Origin: an uncultured Actinomycetes bacterium
GTDB lineage: Bacteria > Actinomycetota > Actinomycetes > Nanopelagicales > Nanopelagicaceae
Direction: 5' to 3'
Length of the DNA stretch: 50,980 nucleotides
Assembly (NCBI GenBank): GCA_903891755.1
Contig: CAITFY010000074.1
Coordinates: 1 to 50,980, forward strand
Shown piece by piece: positions 37,068 to 45,737 of the stretch (within the stretch, counting starts at the first letter, position 1; every line of letters starts with the position of its first letter). Under the pieces are notes generated by a model that was not told the origin of the DNA, made no database searches, and saw nothing but the letters and a program-made list of their open reading frames with translations. A program made the position numbers and the translations under genes.

Positions 37068-38825
37068 ATGTCTACGTTCCGCAATTTAGGTGTTACCCCT
37101 GCGCTCTGCGAGGCTCTTGAGGCCGAAGGCAAGACCGCTCCATTTCCTATTCAAACCGCAACCCTGCCTGACGCTATTAAGGGCCGCGATGTCCTTGGCC
37201 GCGGTCAGACTGGCTCCGGAAAAACCCTCGCCTTTGGTTTAGCGATGCTCACCCGCCTCAATGGCCGTACGGCAAAGCCTCACAAGCCACTAGGACTCAT
37301 CCTCTCTCCAACCCGCGAATTAGCGGTCCAGATCAATGATGTCGTCTCCCCACTTGCTCGCAAGATTGGGCTCTCCTCACAAGTTGTCGCTGGAGGCCTT
37401 TCATATATCGGCCAAATCCAAGCTCTTAAGCGTGGAGTGCCAGTAATCGTCGCAACCCCAGGTCGCTTGATGGATCTTCTCGAGAAGAAGCACATCGATC
37501 TATCAGATGTCATGATCACAGTTCTTGATGAAGCAGATCAGATGGCTGATATGGGATTCATGCCTGTCGTTAAAGAGATTCTCTCTCTTACTCAAGAGGG
37601 CGGACAACACCTGCTCTTCTCTGCAACTCTCGATCGCGATGTTGACTCACTCGTTAAGCGATTCCTTAAAGATCCAATTACTCACTCTCTTGAAAATGAG
37701 AAGTCGCGCGCAGTTGATATGACCCACCACTTGTTGCTCCTTGATCAACAACATAAAGATGAGATCTCATCTCAAATCGCAGCACGTGATGGCCGCACAA
37801 TCTTCTTCGTCCGCACTAAGCACGGCGCTGATAAGTTAGCTGAGAAGATGCTTCGCAGCGGTGTTCCAGTTGGCGTATTGCACGGCGGAAAATCTCAAGG
37901 TCAACGCACCCGCGTACTCAAAGCATTCAAAGATGGACGTGCTTCAGCACTCGTAGCAACAGATGTTGCCGCTCGTGGTATCCACGTAGATGATGTCTCA
38001 CTTGTTGTGCATGTTGATGCACCTGCGGATCATAAAGATTATCTACACCGCGCAGGTCGCACCGCTCGTGCTGGTGCAACCGGTACCGTCGTAACACTTG
38101 CAACACATAAGCAGAAGAAGGCGGTCTTTGGTATTACCAACCGCGCTGCTGTAAAGCTCATTGAAAATCAGGTTCGCCCTGGAGATGCAAAGCTTCAAGA
38201 AATTACTGGCGCACAAGAGCCATCAGGTATTCCAATTGAGGTAGAGGCTGAGAAGCCATCTCGCAACGATCGTAAGCCTGGTAGCCGCAGTCGCTCTAAT
38301 GATCGCGGTAATCGCGATGGCAACTTCAAGCCACGTAAATCTGGTGGAGGACGTTTTGAGAGCCCTTCAAAGGCTGAAGGCGCAGAAGTTCGCACCGAAC
38401 GCACCTTTAGTTCAGAGCGCACAGATCGCACCTTCCAAGCTCCTCGCGATGCTCGCGATTCTCGCCCAGCACGCGATGCTCGTGAAGTTCGTGAAGAGCG
38501 TCGCCCCAAGAGTGATCGTTCATTTAATTCCGATCGTCCTTTCCGCTCTGCACCAAAGAAGTGGGAAGAGAAGGCTCGTGAGTCACGTACTCGCGAAGAG
38601 AGCGCACCAGCTGCTGGAAATCGTGGACGCGTTGAAGGCGTTGCTCGTCCAGCAAAGAAAGCTCCTCGTATGCCACTTGAGAAGCGCATTGCACTTGAGA
38701 AGGCAGAGTCCCGCGCCCGCGCTGGCGGAAAGCCTGTCAAAGGTGGAGCTGGTCCAAAGAAATTTGGAAAAGCTGGCGGAAAGCCTTTTAAGGGTGGAAA
38801 GCCAAGCCAGGCTAAGCGAGGCTAA
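37068..38825 (+). CDS. DEAD-box ATP-dependent RNA helicase with a long basic low-complexity C-terminal tail
   Basis: Motifs GQTGSGKT, PTRELA, VLDEAD, SAT and HRAGRTARAG. The tail from about aa 385 is rich in R/K/D/E/S/G and has short repeats (ERTxRTF, RDAR). Confidence 0.9.
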   Translation: MSTFRNLGVTPALCEALEAEGKTAPFPIQTATLPDAIKGRDVLGRGQTGSGKTLAFGLAMLTRLNGRTAKPHKPLGLILSPTRELAVQINDVVSPLARKIGLSSQVVAGGLSYIGQIQALKRGVPVIVATPGRLMDLLEKKHIDLSDVMITVLDEADQMADMGFMPVVKEILSLTQEGGQHLLFSATLDRDVDSLVKRFLKDPITHSLENEKSRAVDMTHHLLLLDQQHKDEISSQIAARDGRTIFFVRTKHGADKLAEKMLRSGVPVGVLHGGKSQGQRTRVLKAFKDGRASALVATDVAARGIHVDDVSLVVHVDAPADHKDYLHRAGRTARAGATGTVVTLATHKQKKAVFGITNRAAVKLIENQVRPGDAKLQEITGAQEPSGIPIEVEAEKPSRNDRKPGSRSRSNDRGNRDGNFKPRKSGGGRFESPSKAEGAEVRTERTFSSERTDRTFQAPRDARDSRPARDAREVREERRPKSDRSFNSDRPFRSAPKKWEEKARESRTREESAPAAGNRGRVEGVARPAKKAPRMPLEKRIALEKAESRARAGGKPVKGGAGPKKFGKAGGKPFKGGKPSQAKRG

Positions 38826-39414
38826 TTTCTCTATCGAAGTATTGTGAGATGGCGTCCTGATTGTGAGAAATCACCAGGACGCCTTTCTCTTTTCGTAACT
38901 CAGAAATTATCTGCAGAATTCCCTCGATCGATTGTGAATCCTGCGCGCTAAATGGTTCATCAAGCAAGTAGTAATTAGCGCTCTGTGTAAGTGCGAGAGC
39001 CAAACTCACTCTCTCCTGCTGACCAATAGATACTTCGGTCACTTTACGAGATAAGAGATCATTCAAATTTAATTTCTCGATAATGGCTGCGCTATCTTTT
39101 ATGCGCGCCGCCTTTGGAAGAAAATTCAGAACTTCTTGCACTGTGAATGCCAGGGTAAATGATCTGCGTTGTGGCGCGATGGAGCGAAGTGCCGCTTGGC
39201 CCTTTGAATTGAGCGAAGCAATATCAACGCCATCAATTTCAATGTTGCCGGTTTGAGGTTTGAGCAATCCCCCAATCAGGGCAACCAGGGTGCTCTTTCC
39301 AGAACCATTGGGACCGGTGAAGAGAACGGACTCCCCTTGCGCCAACTCTGCACTGAAATCTGAATAGATGGGTGAACCCCCACGCGCAAAGGAGATGTTG
39401 TTAACTCTAATCAT
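38812..39414 (-). CDS. hmuV: Iron-chelate/heme-type ABC importer ATPase (compact, 200 aa)
   Basis: Walker A GPNGSGKST, Q-loop, variant signature VSIGQQERV, Walker B YYLLDEP, and H-loop ISHN. Confidence 0.7.
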   Translation of the reverse strand: MIRVNNISFARGGSPIYSDFSAELAQGESVLFTGPNGSGKSTLVALIGGLLKPQTGNIEIDGVDIASLNSKGQAALRSIAPQRRSFTLAFTVQEVLNFLPKAARIKDSAAIIEKLNLNDLLSRKVTEVSIGQQERVSLALALTQSANYYLLDEPFSAQDSQSIEGILQIISELRKEKGVLVISHNQDAISQYFDREISLA

Positions 39415-40387
39415 GACTCACCCATGATGCACGTTTTACTTTAAGCAAGATGATGAGTGCAGGTGCGCCTAGCAAGGATGTCAGTAGACCGAGCGGTATT
39501 TCATTTGGCTGAAAGAGAGTTCTTGCTAAGAGATCAGCCAACAAGAGAACGATTGCGCCCACTAAGGCGCTTAGAGAGAGCATCTTTCGGTGTGCGGGAC
39601 CAATTAAGAGCCGCACAATATGTGGAACAAGTAGACCGATAAATGCGATGGCTCCTACAGCACTTACTGAAGCGCCAATGAGAAATGCCAGGCCAATAAT
39701 TGCGTAGAGGCGCAATCTCTTGGGATTGACACCCATGTAATGCGAGGAGCTCTCGCCGAGTGAGTAGATATCCAAACGTCGGGATACAAAGAAAGAGATG
39801 ATGATGCCGATTTCAATATAGGGAGCGATCATCCCAACTGTCGCATTGTTAAGAAGAGTTAAAGATCCAAAGTCCCAGAAGGTAATCGATTGAATCCCGG
39901 GCTTAGGAGACATTGAAATGAGGAGGCCAGCAAAGGAGGTTAAAATCGCTGAAATTGCGATACCAGTAAGGAGAAATCCAAAACCTTTGCTTGGAGCGAG
40001 CCACTGGACTAAGAGCGCGGTGAGAGCGGATGCAAGTACAGCCGCACCAATATTTGATCTTGTCCCATACACAGAAGCCCCGGAGGCAATCAAAGTAATG
40101 GTTCCGAGCGTTGCTCCACTTGATAACCCAATGAGAGTTGGCTCAGCTAAGGGGTTTCTGAAAATACCTTGCGCTACTGATCCCGCCACGCCTAACCCAG
40201 CCCCAATGATTACTGCACCCAATGCGCGGGGAAATCTCACCTGCCAGACAGTTGTCGCATCAACGCCATCTTTGCCAATAAGTGAGAAGACCGAGCTGTG
40301 AAGTTTCAAAATACCGATGTCGAGTGAGAGCCAGAAGAGAAATAGGAGAACGGCTGAACCGCCAAGATAGATGGCTACCTTCTTCAT
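39407..40387 (-). CDS. hmuU: FecCD-family ABC importer permease
   Basis: 326-aa polytopic protein with FecCD-like regions (RFPRALGAVIIGAGLGVAGSVAQGIFRNPLAEP, LLGAPALIILL). Confidence 0.8.
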   Translation of the reverse strand: MKKVAIYLGGSAVLLFLFWLSLDIGILKLHSSVFSLIGKDGVDATTVWQVRFPRALGAVIIGAGLGVAGSVAQGIFRNPLAEPTLIGLSSGATLGTITLIASGASVYGTRSNIGAAVLASALTALLVQWLAPSKGFGFLLTGIAISAILTSFAGLLISMSPKPGIQSITFWDFGSLTLLNNATVGMIAPYIEIGIIISFFVSRRLDIYSLGESSSHYMGVNPKRLRLYAIIGLAFLIGASVSAVGAIAFIGLLVPHIVRLLIGPAHRKMLSLSALVGAIVLLLADLLARTLFQPNEIPLGLLTSLLGAPALIILLKVKRASWVSHD

Positions 40388-41286
40388 CTCTTGGATGCCG
40401 TCACAATCAATTGATGTAATTGCTTGGCCATCGGAATGGTACGAGGTCCAAAGGAAAGCAAGAGCGAGTCATCAACCGTAACTACACGCTTGTGAATTCC
40501 CGCCGGTGTTTGTGCAATACCCGGAAAGGCAACCAAGCCACTGATTCCGCCGACTGATTCCAACCCCTTTGTCATAAGGAGAAGTACGTCGGGTTGAAGC
40601 TTTATTAGTTCCTCTGCCGTAAGGGCGTTAAATGGATTCTTTAGATTCGTAGCGCCCACATCTATAAATCCATCTGCTTTCAGCAACGAATCAGCACCGG
40701 AACCTGGGCCGCCGATGAGATAGATCGAAGCAGTGCCTCGCATATACAAGAATGCCACCTTGATCGATTGCTTTGGGAAATGCAACAAACTTACTTGAGC
40801 GATCAGCGCTTTGCCGGCCTTGGGGACATGAAGCGCTTGAGAGATTACGCTCTCTTTCGCTTGAATATCCGCCAAGGTGAATGCACTTGGAACTAATACC
40901 ATTCGGATTTTTGCAGAGCGCAACGTGTTGAGAGCGCTAGCCGGAGTTGTATTTGAGTCAATGAAAACAATATCTGGGTGTTGTGAGAGGACTGCTTCTG
41001 CAGAGACTTGCATAGCTGATTCATCAATAGGAATTGATTTCAATTCCGGCATCGTTGATGCAATATCTCGACCAACCAAATATTTCCGGTATCCAAGGGC
41101 GGCAACAATTTCTGCAGAACCGTTAGCTAGCGCGACGATTCTCTTATATGCAGGTATCTCTCCCGAATTAATTATCGGCAATGAAATTTGCGATGCAGTT
41201 ATATCCGACACCGCCGCCTGAGCTGTAGGCAAAAATAGCGAAGAGAGGGCGACGGTGGAGCTAATAAGTATCGCCCGCAATCTCAT
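40384..41286 (-). CDS. hmuT: Peripla_BP_2 (heme/siderophore/cobalamin class) solute-binding protein, HmuT-like
   Basis: Signal peptide, then RIVALANGSAEIVAALG, PDIVFID, PDVLLLM and a C-terminal LLSFGPRT motif reminiscent of hemin-binding HmuT/ShuT proteins. The call is by eye. Confidence 0.65.
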   Translation of the reverse strand: MRLRAILISSTVALSSLFLPTAQAAVSDITASQISLPIINSGEIPAYKRIVALANGSAEIVAALGYRKYLVGRDIASTMPELKSIPIDESAMQVSAEAVLSQHPDIVFIDSNTTPASALNTLRSAKIRMVLVPSAFTLADIQAKESVISQALHVPKAGKALIAQVSLLHFPKQSIKVAFLYMRGTASIYLIGGPGSGADSLLKADGFIDVGATNLKNPFNALTAEELIKLQPDVLLLMTKGLESVGGISGLVAFPGIAQTPAGIHKRVVTVDDSLLLSFGPRTIPMAKQLHQLIVTASKR

Positions 41287-41369
41287 CTGCGTATTCTGAC
41301 ACTTACTTTTCCGACATGGGCGCCGAAGTTGTCGGAGCAGAATTAGAGACTATCTCTTAGATTTACCCC

Positions 41370-41846
41370 ATGAATAAGCGGTTTTTTGCGGCTCTCGCAC
41401 TCTGTCTCACATTAGGAATTAGCGTTGCAGATGCTGCCACCGGTCAACATGGTGAGGTTCTAACGGTTTCAAAGATTTCAGGGATAAAGAGCGGTGAAAC
41501 TTTAACGGTCTCCGGCAAAGGCTTTGACACGACTGTCGGAATATACGTGGAGCTCTGTCAAATAGTTCCAGCTGGAACTCTGCCTCAGGTATGTGGTGGA
41601 GGAGTGAATATGTCCGGCAGCGGAGCAGCTTCATTCTGGATCTCATCCAATCCACCTAGTTATGGAAAGCATTTAGCGATTCCATTTAAGACAGGTGGCA
41701 CTTTCTCGGTTGCGCTAAAAGTTCAACCGAAGATTGGCAAAGTTGATTGTAGAAAGAGGGCATGCGCAATCTACATCCGCGCAGATCACACTAGAACACA
41801 AGATCGCACTCACGATATAAAAATTCCAATCACTTTTTCAAAATAA
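41370..41846 (+). CDS. Small secreted 4-Cys beta-sandwich protein, neocarzinostatin-apoprotein-like (paralog 1)
   Basis: Sec signal peptide (…ISVADA/ATG). The mature part opens LTVSKISGIKSGETLTVSGKGFD..GIYVELC, and it has Cys pairs spaced like the two NCS disulfides (C-x11-C and DC-x4-C). It ends in IPITF. Confidence 0.55.
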   Translation: MNKRFFAALALCLTLGISVADAATGQHGEVLTVSKISGIKSGETLTVSGKGFDTTVGIYVELCQIVPAGTLPQVCGGGVNMSGSGAASFWISSNPPSYGKHLAIPFKTGGTFSVALKVQPKIGKVDCRKRACAIYIRADHTRTQDRTHDIKIPITFSK

Positions 41847-41888
41847 AACAGTTCACTACATCAAATACGAGAGAGCAGAGAGAAGAAT

Positions 41889-42329
41889 ATGAATAAGAAA
41901 ATAATCGCATCGTTAGCAGTAGCACTAGTTGTAGTTGCCGCCCCAATGGCAAGTGCAAAGGCGAAGGTCGTTGCATCACCAACCAAGAACTTGTCCCAAA
42001 AGACAGCGGTGGTCACATTTAAGTTCTCCGGTCTTCCAACCAAGAACGGCGTATATATTGAGGAATGCATGGCACCCGCCACAAAAGGCGCAGCTCCAAC
42101 AGTCTGCGATTCAGATCAGAGCGTTCAAGCATGGGTTTCCAATGTAAAGGCAGATATCGCTCAAGGTGCTACTTCAGGCGCAGGCAAAATAAAGTTCAAG
42201 CCAGTTCCTTATTTCACCAATGGTGATTGCGTCCACACAACGTGTGTCTTCTTTATTACTAATGACCACAATGCTGCTGGCGATAAGTCACAGAATCAGA
42301 CGATTCCATTTACCTTCTCAAATAAGTAA
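41889..42329 (+). CDS. Small secreted 4-Cys beta-sandwich protein, neocarzinostatin-apoprotein-like (paralog 2)
   Basis: Sec signal peptide (…PMASA/KAK). It shares GVYIEEC, P-VC, AWVSN, DCxxxxC, the DH motif and a C-terminal IPFTF with the upstream paralog. Confidence 0.55.
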   Translation: MNKKIIASLAVALVVVAAPMASAKAKVVASPTKNLSQKTAVVTFKFSGLPTKNGVYIEECMAPATKGAAPTVCDSDQSVQAWVSNVKADIAQGATSGAGKIKFKPVPYFTNGDCVHTTCVFFITNDHNAAGDKSQNQTIPFTFSNK

Positions 42330-42344
42330 ATATTTAATCGGTAA

Positions 42345-42932
42345 TTAATTAGTAGGTAGGGCTCGAAGTCCAGCAAGCGCGAAAGTTACAGCGCTTAGGA
42401 TTTCGAGCTCTGCGTCATTTCCGGCATCAATACGTATAGAAGCAGCATCCGTCACGCTTGCTAGTAGCGCCGCGGCTGCTCGAACATTTGAAATCCCCGC
42501 CTCGATCAACGAATCTTGAAGTGGCGCCATCATGCGACGGTGACCCATCAAAATCTCATCCTTGCGAGAAGTTGGAGTATTGATTGTGTTTAACGATTTC
42601 ACCAACATGTGGCGGCCATCAGCTACGTAGAGAAGGCTCTCGGTAATCCAGAGTTCGATACGGGTGAATGGATCGGTAGCACCGCTAATTGCCTGTGTTA
42701 AACGCTCGGTGTAATACTCAAGCTCCTCTAAAACAAGGTCAGCGACTAAATCTGCGCTGGAAGCAAAATATTCATAGATGGAACTTCGGGCTAATCCGGC
42801 TTTCGCCGCAACCGCCGCAACCGTGATTGATTCCGCGCCATTTGCTAAAGCCAGCTCCATCGCAGCATCAATCAGTTGCTGGCGACGAAGTTCTCGATGC
42901 AGCGCAACGGTCGGTGCTTGAATCTTTGGCAT
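42345..42932 (-). CDS. TetR-family transcriptional regulator
   Basis: N-terminal HTH ITVAAVAAKAGLARSSIYEYF. It is divergent from azoR. Confidence 0.85.
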   Translation of the reverse strand: MPKIQAPTVALHRELRRQQLIDAAMELALANGAESITVAAVAAKAGLARSSIYEYFASSADLVADLVLEELEYYTERLTQAISGATDPFTRIELWITESLLYVADGRHMLVKSLNTINTPTSRKDEILMGHRRMMAPLQDSLIEAGISNVRAAAALLASVTDAASIRIDAGNDAELEILSAVTFALAGLRALPTN

Positions 42933-42967
42933 AGGAGCAGAAGTATCTCACCCTTTGCTGAATGGCG

Positions 42968-42989
42968 AATTGTTGAATTTTCAACTATT
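42968..42989. promoter_or_regulatory. Candidate TetR operator in the tetR-azoR divergent region
   Basis: The core inverted repeat GTTGAA-tt-TTCAAC (42972-42985) extends imperfectly to AATtGTTGAA / TTCAACtATT. Confidence 0.4.
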
Positions 42990-43018
42990 CTGAACTTTCA
43001 TCTATTAGTGAGGTAAAA

Positions 43019-43627
43019 ATGTCCGATCTTCTACACCTAGAAGTTAGCCCTCTTGGGGAACGTTCGATTTCACGCTCAATTTCTAAAGAGTTTCTCTCAG
43101 CATTCAGCGCGCGGCACCCAGAAGCGCTCATTGTGAGCCGTGATTTGGCTACCGATCCCATTCCTCACCTTGATGGCGAAACCCTCATGGCTGGTCGTAT
43201 CCCTGAAGCTGAACGTAGTCCCACCACGCAATTGAAATTTGAGTTGCGTCAGGAACTGGCACGAGAAGTGAACGCGGCAAAACATATTTTGATCTCAACC
43301 CCCATGTGGAACTTCTCAGTACCCTCAGTATTGAAGGCATGGATAGATCAAATCCTTATCACCGGATTTACACATGTAACCGGCAAAGTAACAATCATCG
43401 TCTCCCAAGGTGGTTCTTATGCAGAGGGAGCGCCACGCGCAGGCTGGGATTGGGAAACCGGTTACCTCCGTCAAGTATTTAGCTCGATAGGTGCTACAGA
43501 TACTGAAATTATCTTGTCTGAATTTGGATTGGCTGGAGTTGTCCCCGCTATGGCAGATTTCGTCGACCGCAAAAATGAATCAATCAGTGCCGCTAAAGCA
43601 GCAGCCGCTATACGAGGCGGAGTTTAA
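43019..43627 (+). CDS. azoR: FMN-dependent NADH-azoreductase / quinone reductase
   Basis: 202-aa flavodoxin-like protein. Its N-terminus (LLHLEVSPLGERSISRSISKEF...DLATDPIPHLDGE) parallels AzoR/AcpD, and it contains STPMWNFSVPSVLKAWID. Confidence 0.75.
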   Translation: MSDLLHLEVSPLGERSISRSISKEFLSAFSARHPEALIVSRDLATDPIPHLDGETLMAGRIPEAERSPTTQLKFELRQELAREVNAAKHILISTPMWNFSVPSVLKAWIDQILITGFTHVTGKVTIIVSQGGSYAEGAPRAGWDWETGYLRQVFSSIGATDTEIILSEFGLAGVVPAMADFVDRKNESISAAKAAAAIRGGV

Positions 43628-44550
43628 ACCGAGAGCTGTTTACGAGAATTAAACAACCGTGAAGATATTACGGCGGTCAGCGTCATTAACGTACCGGTGA
43701 TGAGATAAGCGCTGACTTTGGTGTGAGCTGCTGGTGCTAGCCAATCAAATAAAATCGCACCGATGAGTTGTCCGCTCACACTGAAAGTGATGAAGTTAAG
43801 AAGTCCTATGTGTTTTAAAGTGTAGGCAGAGACAGCGATAAAAGTTAATCCGAATACTCCACCAAAATAGAGCCATGGATTCGTTGGGAGGCGGCCAATG
43901 CTGCCGCCACGCAACAAATTAATACCAAGAGCAATCAAAAGAAAAAATATACCGATTACGAAATTGAAAAAAGTGGTTGCGATGGGTCGTTCAGAGATCA
44001 GATTTACTCTGGCATTCACCGCCTGTTGAAAAGCCACCACAATCCCGGCGAAAATTGCCAATGCTATGGGAAGAAATTTGAATTTCGAATTGCTTAAATC
44101 GGGAAATACAGCAACCGAAACCGAGGTCAAAGTTGCGAGAGCGATGAAGATTCTGGAAATTGTTATCGGTTTCTTCCCGGAAGGGGTAATCCCAAGCTTG
44201 TCTACCAAGAGCGAAGAAAGCGTCTGCCCTCCAACTAAGGAGATAGTAAAAAGTGCAACACCTATCTCTGGAACGACAGCACCTTGGGTGCTTAAGAAGA
44301 TGGTGCCGCCTAAGCCTCCGAGCATCTCCCACCAAGCTAATTGCCCACTTTTAATGGCGGAGATAGTCTTGGAGATTCCTTCACGATCTTTTTTTATCAA
44401 TAATACGATCACGATGAGGATGACTGTTCCCACCGTATTTGAAATAAGTCCAGCCCCGATGCCATTGTGAATGTAATGTGAAAGTTCGCCATTTGCACGC
44501 GATTGCGCCGCAGTTAATGCGCCAACAAAAATGGCTAGGAATATAAACAT
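43624..44550 (-). CDS. DMT-superfamily membrane protein, duplicated DUF606 (YdcZ-like)
   Basis: 308 aa with about 10 TM segments and two homologous halves. The family call is by eye. Confidence 0.6.
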   Translation of the reverse strand: MFIFLAIFVGALTAAQSRANGELSHYIHNGIGAGLISNTVGTVILIVIVLLIKKDREGISKTISAIKSGQLAWWEMLGGLGGTIFLSTQGAVVPEIGVALFTISLVGGQTLSSLLVDKLGITPSGKKPITISRIFIALATLTSVSVAVFPDLSNSKFKFLPIALAIFAGIVVAFQQAVNARVNLISERPIATTFFNFVIGIFFLLIALGINLLRGGSIGRLPTNPWLYFGGVFGLTFIAVSAYTLKHIGLLNFITFSVSGQLIGAILFDWLAPAAHTKVSAYLITGTLMTLTAVISSRLFNSRKQLSV

Positions 44551-45707
44551 TAGTTAACGCAAGGGATGCCAGAACCAGCAACTGCGGTTCCGTTAGCCAG
44601 GTGCGCGAAATTGAATTTTGTAACCTTTGGTTTTGGCGTTGCACTTGCCTTAGTACTTGCTCCCGGTGTCGGTGAGGTTGTGACCTTAGGAGCTGGATAG
44701 AAGAGATCATGTACAAATTTGCGAACCGTAGGAATATCGATGAGATTTACAGATTGTGAATTTCGCATTGCATATCCTTCGATAGGCAAGGTGTGGAAGG
44801 TGATGTGCCCACCAGTGAGCGCCTTTGCTTGCGGCAAGAATCCGAGAACATCCCATCCAGCGTCGATAACAACATCTTTCTTGGCAACTGTGAGCAAGGA
44901 TTGCAACTTACCTAAATCTCCGAAGATGCCCTGACTGCGGAACTTGGTGATAACGCCGGTGATAAAAGCTTGTTGTCTGTGTGTTCTATCAAGATCTCCA
45001 TTTGGCAGACCGTGGCGTTGACGAACGAACTCGAGTGCTTGTACGCCAGAGATTGTTTGCAATCCTGCCGGGAACACTGCTCCAGAGTATTGAGAGTCGT
45101 TAACAGCGCGATTTAAGCAGACTTGAATTCCACCCAAAGCGGTAGCGATGTCATAGAAGCCCACCAGATTTACCTCGGCAAAGTGATCAATTGGAATTCC
45201 GAGCAGATTGCTGATTGTTGAGATGGTTGCAGCGCGGCCAGCATCGCGACTCTTCTGCTCACGGAGTGGATTTTGGACACCCTGCTTAATGAGTGCATTT
45301 TCAGAGGTGTACTTTGCAAGGCCATATGCCTCTTTAATCTTCTGCATCCCCCAACCAGCGACGGCGACATAATCATCGCGTGGGATAGAGATTGCGACCG
45401 CATTCTTTCCATTAGCTGGGATGTGAATGATGATCATCGTGTTGGTGTTGTAACCACCAATTGAGGAGCTTGAACCCACATGCATCAGATCAAGAAGCTT
45501 GCGAGGAAGGTTATTTCCATTGTTGTCGCGTCTGGAATCTAGGCCCAGGAGCAAGATATTGGTATCGCCTCCACCAGAGGTCTTTCCGCCATGCAAGACG
45601 TTGGAGCGCGGGATGGCGCTACCCGCAGTCTTATCAAAGAAGTAGAAGGAGAATGAGAGGAGAGTTATGGCGATAGAGATACCCGCCGTTACTTTCCTTA
45701 AGTGCAT
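44550..45707 (-). CDS. LytR-CpsA-Psr (LCP) family cell-wall glycopolymer transferase
   Basis: N-terminal TM anchor, then NILLLGLDSR ... NTMIIIHIP ... ISIPRDDYV. I chose the start at the internal ATG (MHLRKV). The listed GTG at 45746 would overlap the divergent gene's start. Confidence 0.8.
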   Translation of the reverse strand: MHLRKVTAGISIAITLLSFSFYFFDKTAGSAIPRSNVLHGGKTSGGGDTNILLLGLDSRRDNNGNNLPRKLLDLMHVGSSSSIGGYNTNTMIIIHIPANGKNAVAISIPRDDYVAVAGWGMQKIKEAYGLAKYTSENALIKQGVQNPLREQKSRDAGRAATISTISNLLGIPIDHFAEVNLVGFYDIATALGGIQVCLNRAVNDSQYSGAVFPAGLQTISGVQALEFVRQRHGLPNGDLDRTHRQQAFITGVITKFRSQGIFGDLGKLQSLLTVAKKDVVIDAGWDVLGFLPQAKALTGGHITFHTLPIEGYAMRNSQSVNLIDIPTVRKFVHDLFYPAPKVTTSPTPGASTKASATPKPKVTKFNFAHLANGTAVAGSGIPCVN

Positions 45708-45737
45708 GGCGCGAATCTTACCGACTAGAGTCTTGGC

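Noticed and set aside
38195-38847. Two ~180-aa ORFs (38195-38740 on the minus strand, 38299-38847 on the plus strand) inside the helicase tail region.
   Set aside because: They are artefacts of the repetitive, compositionally biased DNA encoding the Arg-rich tail. The helicase frame is continuous with the DEAD-box core.
41343-41359. A possible iron-regulator (IdeR/DtxR or Fur) box upstream of the first NCS-like gene (TTAGAGActaTCTCTTA).
   Set aside because: Only a 5-bp inverted repeat (AGAGA/TCTCT) with a 3-nt spacer is present. It matches the 19-bp IdeR consensus poorly, so I am not confident enough to call it a site.
41370-42329. The two small secreted proteins as HtaA-type heme-binding domains, or as an enediyne antibiotic apoprotein locus.
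   Set aside because: The sequences do not resemble HtaA motifs as I remember them. No polyketide or enediyne biosynthesis genes are nearby, so a classical chromoprotein antibiotic role is unlikely. I kept the fold-level resemblance as a hypothesis only.
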